Shown here piece after piece: positions 58,442 to 64,000 of a DNA stretch of 64,000 nucleotides. Below the pieces are notes generated by a model, which was not told where the DNA came from, did no database searches, and saw nothing but the letters and a program-made list of their open reading frames with translations. Position numbers and translations under genes: made by a program. Each line of letters opens with the position of its first letter. The stretch's first letter is position 1. Source of the stretch: Endomicrobiales bacterium (GTDB taxonomy: Bacteria > Elusimicrobiota > Endomicrobiia > Endomicrobiales > JALOBY01); assembly GCA_963796955.1 (NCBI GenBank), contig CAWCNJ010000011.1:1-64000 (forward strand). Reading direction: 5' to 3'.

Positions 58442-59561
58442 GTTTTGATTTTCCCTTATATATATTACTTATCATGTTCTCATAATTTTTAACCATTATA
58501 TCCAAGCTCCGGTGCTGTAAAACATAGAGTCTTCCGTTTTCACCTAACATTTTAGCTTTATCCTTGTTGCTGAGCAATTCGTTAATTTTTTCAGCGAATG
58601 TCTCAGGATCTCCGGCCTTGGCAAAGATCCCATTTACATTTTCTGTAACTAGCTCTGTATTACCCTCAATTCTTGAAACTACTACAGGCTTAGCAGTTGA
58701 CATAGCTTCTAATATTGTGTTAGAAATTCCTTCCAATGTAGAGGGAAGTGCAAAAACATCAATAGCGTTTATCACTCTATCAACATCCACCCTTGGTCCC
58801 GCGAAGATGGCTATATCTTCCAAGTGAAGCCTGAGCACTAAATCCTTTAAGTTTTGCTCTTCTGGCCCAGAACCAACAATCAGCAACTTAATATTTTTTA
58901 TTCTGTTCTTTAATATCCCTACAGCTTTTACTAATGTTGCTACATCTTTAGACAGTGTCAAACGACACAGACATCCTATCACTTGCCCGTTAACAGGAAA
59001 CCCAAACTCTTTTCGTATATCTGCTCTTGAAACCAAATCTGGTTTGAATTTAACTGTGTCGACACCATTTAAAATAGGCTGAATTTTTTTTGGATCTACG
59101 CCAAGTCTTTTAACCAATTCTGTTTTTAAATCACTTGAGACTGGCACTGTCAAATCAATCATTTTGTACAACGTTCTCTGAGCCAACGTCCTTTTTTTTG
59201 TTTCTGTATAAATAACACCATGTTCTCCATTGATTATAACGGGCACTCCAGCAAGTTTACCACCGATAGTCCCTGAGAACAAACCACAAGCCCATCCATG
59301 AGTATAGACAACATCTATTTTGTTGTCCCTACATAACCTAGCAATCTTGAATGAAGTAGACAGGTTAAACCCAGGTTTTTCATTTATATTTATTACCTTT
59401 ACATTGTCCTTGATTCTTGAACGAAATGGTCCATCACCCCTTAAGCAGCAAATATAAAAATCAAATGATTCAGGGTTCATATTATTAACAAGATTAACAA
59501 CCCCATTTTCTAGGCCGCCAATACCCATTGTCTGCAACACCTGCATTACACGTATCTTCAT
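58434..59561 (-). CDS. GT4 glycosyltransferase
   Basis: GGLENGVVNL, GEHG, EGISNTILEAM. Confidence 0.9.
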   Translation of the reverse strand: MKIRVMQVLQTMGIGGLENGVVNLVNNMNPESFDFYICCLRGDGPFRSRIKDNVKVININEKPGFNLSTSFKIARLCRDNKIDVVYTHGWACGLFSGTIGGKLAGVPVIINGEHGVIYTETKKRTLAQRTLYKMIDLTVPVSSDLKTELVKRLGVDPKKIQPILNGVDTVKFKPDLVSRADIRKEFGFPVNGQVIGCLCRLTLSKDVATLVKAVGILKNRIKNIKLLIVGSGPEEQNLKDLVLRLHLEDIAIFAGPRVDVDRVINAIDVFALPSTLEGISNTILEAMSTAKPVVVSRIEGNTELVTENVNGIFAKAGDPETFAEKINELLSNKDKAKMLGENGRLYVLQHRSLDIMVKNYENMISNIYKGKSKHV

Positions 59562-61006
59562 ACTCGATTCTCCGTATTTCTTTTCGATACCATTGACCAC
59601 AATTTTAATATCTCTTGATTTGACACAAGTCCTAGCATATAAACCATTACAGCATATACTATTACACCTGTTAGTATAGGAATAACTAAAAATTTACTTT
59701 TCGTGAAATACACAGCCATTGCCATCGTAACATTTGCGGCAACACATTTGAAAACACCAATTTTTATAGAAGATGTTATGTTAAGCTTTTTCTTTAAATG
59801 GTGTGAAAGTAATACGTATGTTAAAAAGCCTGAGATTACATAAGCGACTGCAATCCCTACTTCTTTAAAATGCGAGATCAACAACACACCTACTAGTATG
59901 TATGAAGCAATCGAAATGTATGTCACAATTGCCGACTTCTTTTCTTCATGGATTGCAGAAAGAGCAGAGGAAAGCAACATATTAAGGAACATAAAAAAAA
60001 GCCACCAAATCAAAATCTGCAATACATGCACAGATGCCAAGTACATTTGCCCGAATATCAACAAAATTATTGGTTTTGCTAGTAATGTTGTACCAATACA
60101 AATTGGCAACGCTAATAAAAACAAATATGTATAAAAGTTTTTATAAAGAATAACAGCATCATCCCGTGATTGTTGAAATGCCACAGCCATTGCAGGAAAT
60201 ATCGCAGTAGTAATTCCATCAGGAATTACAACAAGTTTTTCGACTAATGTATTGGCAGCTCCAAAAATACCTGCAGATTTATCGCCAGCCATTGCAGATA
60301 TCATCACAATACCAATCTTTGCGCCAATCATTGAAACAATGGATGGTACTACAAAATGTTTACCTTTGCGTAAATAACTTTTCCACAAATCTTTATCTTG
60401 AAGAAGCTTCAATTTTCCGAATTCTTTTTTATAATAGAACATTATCATCAGCAACCATACCAATTGACCAAAGCATGATACCAAAACAAGCATCCTTAAC
60501 CCATAACCATAGAACAAAACTACCACCGACAGCACAGTGATCATTATTCCTGAAATAAATTGAGCCATTGCAACGTAATGCATTTTTTCAAAACCCTGAA
60601 GTGCGCTGGTCAAAGTTGATGTCATTCCAGACAAGAATAGTGTAGTCCCAACAATGTAAACAATTATTTTTGTACTAGGTGAATAATGAAGTAAGTTGAT
60701 TACAATGATCAATGTGATAAAAGCTACGGAAGCAAGCAATATCTTTAAGGTGAATATTTTTCCTACAATATTAACAACGTCAGACTTGTTCTGAGCGATA
60801 GCTCTTGTCATTACTGAACCCAACCCCATGTTTACCATCGGAACAAACATTGCAGTAAATGAAAACACAAACATGAATATCCCATAATTGTTCTGTCCAA
60901 GTTTTCTGGCTATATATCCAATTACAGTAATTGAAATAACATTCAAAAGGAGTTGTTGCGAAATAAGCCATATCGAGTTTGAAATAACCTTTTTAGTACT
61001 ACTCAT
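59558..61006 (-). CDS. wzx: Wzx oligosaccharide flippase
   Basis: Multi-pass membrane protein, IARKLGQNNYG, located in a polysaccharide locus. Confidence 0.88.
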   Translation of the reverse strand: MSSTKKVISNSIWLISQQLLLNVISITVIGYIARKLGQNNYGIFMFVFSFTAMFVPMVNMGLGSVMTRAIAQNKSDVVNIVGKIFTLKILLASVAFITLIIVINLLHYSPSTKIIVYIVGTTLFLSGMTSTLTSALQGFEKMHYVAMAQFISGIMITVLSVVVLFYGYGLRMLVLVSCFGQLVWLLMIMFYYKKEFGKLKLLQDKDLWKSYLRKGKHFVVPSIVSMIGAKIGIVMISAMAGDKSAGIFGAANTLVEKLVVIPDGITTAIFPAMAVAFQQSRDDAVILYKNFYTYLFLLALPICIGTTLLAKPIILLIFGQMYLASVHVLQILIWWLFFMFLNMLLSSALSAIHEEKKSAIVTYISIASYILVGVLLISHFKEVGIAVAYVISGFLTYVLLSHHLKKKLNITSSIKIGVFKCVAANVTMAMAVYFTKSKFLVIPILTGVIVYAVMVYMLGLVSNQEILKLWSMVSKRNTENRV

Positions 61007-61901
61007 GTTTAGCCAACTTCTTTTTCCTCAAAAATGATTTAATAAATATTTTATACTTGTCGTCATCCTTTGACAACTTAAAAGGGAAACATATTATTGA
61101 AAACAAAGCATTTATTATTGATTTAATATATTCATCCGCACTATTAAATTCACGTGCTGCATCAAGGTATAAATACCCGTAAGCCTTCAATTTGTCAAAG
61201 CTAATTTTTTTTGTATAGTGTTTATTGATAAAATTCTTTTGAGCCAACTTCATCACATCAACATTTTTATGTAAATTACCGGTATGTGTTCTATAACGGA
61301 TTAACCCAATATTTAAGGCGCTTACTTTGTATGTCCCTGCTATACGATACCACATATCCCTATCTTCTGTCCCTTTAATATTTTCATCGAACAATCCGAT
61401 CGTTTCAAGACATTCCCTTCTAATCATCACGGTTGAAGGTGTTCCTATAGTGTTTTTTTTCTTTAACATCTTACACATCATTTCTTTGTCACCTGTAAAT
61501 ACCGGTTTCCATTCACCAACAATTTCTGAATTTTCATTTATGAAGACACAATTACATCCTACCAGGCCAAGTCCAGGTGATCGGAGCATTTCTGCCAATT
61601 GAAGTTCCAGTTTAGTGGAAATCCATATATCGTCTGCATCTAAAAATGCGATAAATGTTCCATTAGCACACTTTAATCCAATGTTTCTAGCTGCGGCAGG
61701 CCCGGCATTTATTTGCCGTATATATCTTACCTTGTTAAGCCTTTCACCAAGTATCGCTTTAATGTCTGATATTGATCCATCATCAACAACTATTATTTCA
61801 AAATCTCTATAACTTTGATTTAATATTGAATCAATTGCCTGCTCAAGATATCCTTGGACAGGGTTGTAAACAGGAACAATTACACTTATAAGGCTATCCA
61901 T
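60999..61901 (-). CDS. GT2 glycosyltransferase
   Basis: ISVIVPVYN, VDDGS, FLDADD, EDRD. Confidence 0.92.
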   Translation of the reverse strand: MDSLISVIVPVYNPVQGYLEQAIDSILNQSYRDFEIIVVDDGSISDIKAILGERLNKVRYIRQINAGPAAARNIGLKCANGTFIAFLDADDIWISTKLELQLAEMLRSPGLGLVGCNCVFINENSEIVGEWKPVFTGDKEMMCKMLKKKNTIGTPSTVMIRRECLETIGLFDENIKGTEDRDMWYRIAGTYKVSALNIGLIRYRTHTGNLHKNVDVMKLAQKNFINKHYTKKISFDKLKAYGYLYLDAAREFNSADEYIKSIINALFSIICFPFKLSKDDDKYKIFIKSFLRKKKLAKHE

Positions 61902-63087
61902 TTAGGCCCTTTTTATCTGGTTCATTTATAATATTAGATTTTATAGCCTGAGACATCGCTATTACGACATACAAAATATAGAATTGATATCTATTCGTGA
62001 AAAATGCACATACCCAAAAACCTACTAATGACGCTGAAACAATTTGATACAACATAAATTTTCTCGTAAGCTCATTATTTTCTGGTGTCCTTTTGTTCAA
62101 AACGTAAGTGAAGTATAGCGGATAAAATGAAAACAATGTAAAGGCTATCCCACCCAATATCCCAGCCTCAGCGAACACTTGAAAAAGAGTATTGTGTGGC
62201 TCTAAGCTTCTTATACCTCCATAATCGGCTGCGCGGTCATCAAAATTGCCTGGACCAATTCCAAAAAATGGTTTATCCATAACCATTCGACCACAAGCGC
62301 GCCATTGCAGAATCCTATCCTCCGAAGAACTATCCCCATGTAAACCGGAAAGATCATTCCTGCTTAGCACATTTTTCAACCCTACAGTGAACACGCCGGC
62401 CACCATTATCAGCAAAAGCACAATTCGAAGTGCCTTTGATAGGTTCTTGGAAAACAAGAGACTTACACCACCAACTGCCATCAGCCCAAGCAACCCATTT
62501 CTGGAGCCTGTAAAAAGTATGTTGAAACCAAAAATACCGGCGACTATAAGATAATAAAAATATTTTGAAACAAAAATTTCGGACAAATTTGCCAACAAAA
62601 TAACAATTGGAATTGCAGCAACAAGTATAATCGCCAGATCATTGGCATTCTCATACCAACCAAATCCCCCTGCTCTCATGCCTGGTTGATAGGTCATTAC
62701 AAATTGCGAGATTGAAAAATAAGATAAATACAAGAGTCCTGATATAACCGAGAAGCTAATCCATTTCAAACGCTTTTCTGTATTAACAATCTGAGTGATT
62801 AGATAATATACAATACCCATCTTTAACCATAAATTAAATGTATCTAGCGCTCCTCCAGCCCATTGCATTCCTGAACTTACGATCTGCGTGATTACAAAAA
62901 ATATAAAAAATACGTTCGTTTTTGATCTAAAGAAACCATGTTTCCCTTTTTCCTTTGAAAACGCATACGACACTAATGCAAGAATTGCGCAGTTGCGTAA
63001 TGGCTGAAATTGCTCAACACCCGGAAAGATCTTCCCTGGTTGAAAAAACATAATGAAGATTGTTAAACACAAAAAGAAAAATGCCAT
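61894..63087 (-). CDS. O-antigen ligase/Wzy_C-family polymerase
   Basis: NANDLA, TGSRNG, FGIGPGNF, PHNT; multiple TM helices. Confidence 0.88.
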   Translation of the reverse strand: MAFFFLCLTIFIMFFQPGKIFPGVEQFQPLRNCAILALVSYAFSKEKGKHGFFRSKTNVFFIFFVITQIVSSGMQWAGGALDTFNLWLKMGIVYYLITQIVNTEKRLKWISFSVISGLLYLSYFSISQFVMTYQPGMRAGGFGWYENANDLAIILVAAIPIVILLANLSEIFVSKYFYYLIVAGIFGFNILFTGSRNGLLGLMAVGGVSLLFSKNLSKALRIVLLLIMVAGVFTVGLKNVLSRNDLSGLHGDSSSEDRILQWRACGRMVMDKPFFGIGPGNFDDRAADYGGIRSLEPHNTLFQVFAEAGILGGIAFTLFSFYPLYFTYVLNKRTPENNELTRKFMLYQIVSASLVGFWVCAFFTNRYQFYILYVVIAMSQAIKSNIINEPDKKGLNG

Positions 63088-63114
63088 TACTTATGTCCCT
63101 AAGAGGAATTTGAC

Positions 63115-64000
63115 CTATCTTTTCATTGCGTATGAATCTGATAATTCGATACGATTGCAATCATTATTGTACGCCTCTCGTTCATAATCTGTTAGTACAT
63201 ATCGTTCAAATGGATTAATAAGACCAGCATCTACCAAATAAAAGTTCCCTTCAGACATATCATCAAATCCAAGCCGTGTGATCATATATGGCGATTCGCT
63301 CCAGTGTCGTCCCGCAGTACAAAATCCAATAGCATAAGATTCTTTTACAATATCTATTGTCGTTTTATTAATATCGAACAAACGTCCATTCGGGTATGCT
63401 ACAGTCCTAACAGAAACAGCAAGTCGTGCTTCTATCTCAGCTTTTGACAACAGCAACTCATCCTTGGCATCTGCTTCATTCAATCGTGAAAGTATTGGAT
63501 GTGTTACTGTGTGAGCACCGACACTTAACAAACCGGAATCAATCATTTCTTTTAGCTGATCCCAGGTTATCATCTCGTTTGCAGGAAAATCATTTACTGA
63601 GATTTTTAATTGTTTAATTATAGAATCTAAAACGCACAGTTTCATACTGTTATTAACCGCCTTCAATTGTCTTGAAAGCTTTCTGTAGGTATTAATTACA
63701 TCAATTTCTGAGTTGAGATAAAATTCACCAAATCCGAACTCATCAAGACTCAATTTACTTCCCTTTGCATTTGCCAGCGAGTATAACAATTGATCATGAA
63801 ATGGGACAGTCTGGTTAGTGATAGATCCTGTAGTCAAAAACACAGCAGCCGGCAAAGAATATTTCTTGAGTATTGGAAATACAACTGAGTACAATGACCT
63901 GTAACCATCATCAAAAGTTAATAATATTCGGTTTGCTGTGAGTTTACGACCTTGTAGCACATACTGTTCATATTCGTCTAGGCCAATGAAAGAATTGTGT
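63115..64000 (-). CDS. Polysaccharide deacetylase (5' end lies beyond the window)
   Basis: LTFDDGY, GAHTVTHPIL, AYPNG; frame open toward the window edge. Confidence 0.87.
   Translation of the reverse strand, partial: HNSFIGLDEYEQYVLQGRKLTANRILLTFDDGYRSLYSVVFPILKKYSLPAAVFLTTGSITNQTVPFHDQLLYSLANAKGSKLSLDEFGFGEFYLNSEIDVINTYRKLSRQLKAVNNSMKLCVLDSIIKQLKISVNDFPANEMITWDQLKEMIDSGLLSVGAHTVTHPILSRLNEADAKDELLLSKAEIEARLAVSVRTVAYPNGRLFDINKTTIDIVKESYAIGFCTAGRHWSESPYMITRLGFDDMSEGNFYLVDAGLINPFERYVLTDYEREAYNNDCNRIELSDSYAMKR

Noticed and set aside
1..64000. tRNA, rRNA, CRISPR arrays, prophage genes
   Set aside because: None recognised by eye; intergenic gaps are short and accounted for (tRNAscan/cmscan not run)

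Overview
64 kb of a bacterial chromosome or MAG from an anaerobe. The lineage is possibly Elusimicrobiota-like, which is inference only. Nearly all genes are on the minus strand. From left to right: (1) An AT-rich defence island (orphan ORF, GmrSD/DUF1524 remnant, HEPN protein, RloA/RloB AbiL-like pair), cut by an IS3-family element that has no target duplication. (2) amtB-glnK-GATase behind an ANTAR-like attenuator. (3) A frameshifted GT2 gene and tex. (4) A roughly 11 kb, 17-gene Fur/PerR-led oxidative-stress, Fe-S and sulfur-relay cluster that includes a 59-aa, 12-Cys microprotein absent from the ORF track. (5) hypB, several accessory genes and an MNT-HEPN pair. (6) hppA (divergent K+-independent membrane pyrophosphatase with a long structured leader), echABCDEF and hypA. 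(7) A FecR-domain gene, the only clear plus-strand gene. (8) A mercury-methylation operon arsR-hgcA-hgcB-arsM-like, in which the ArsM homolog has lost a conserved Cys. (9) A second MNT-HEPN pair, a pentapeptide-repeat gene and a GH94 phosphorylase. (10) A Wzx/Wzy-type exopolysaccharide locus running off the right edge, containing a 1350-aa secreted beta-helix/PKD/Ig-repeat protein with a T9SS-like C-terminal domain. No rRNA, tRNA or CRISPR array was seen. Family calls come from recognised motifs, not from database searches.
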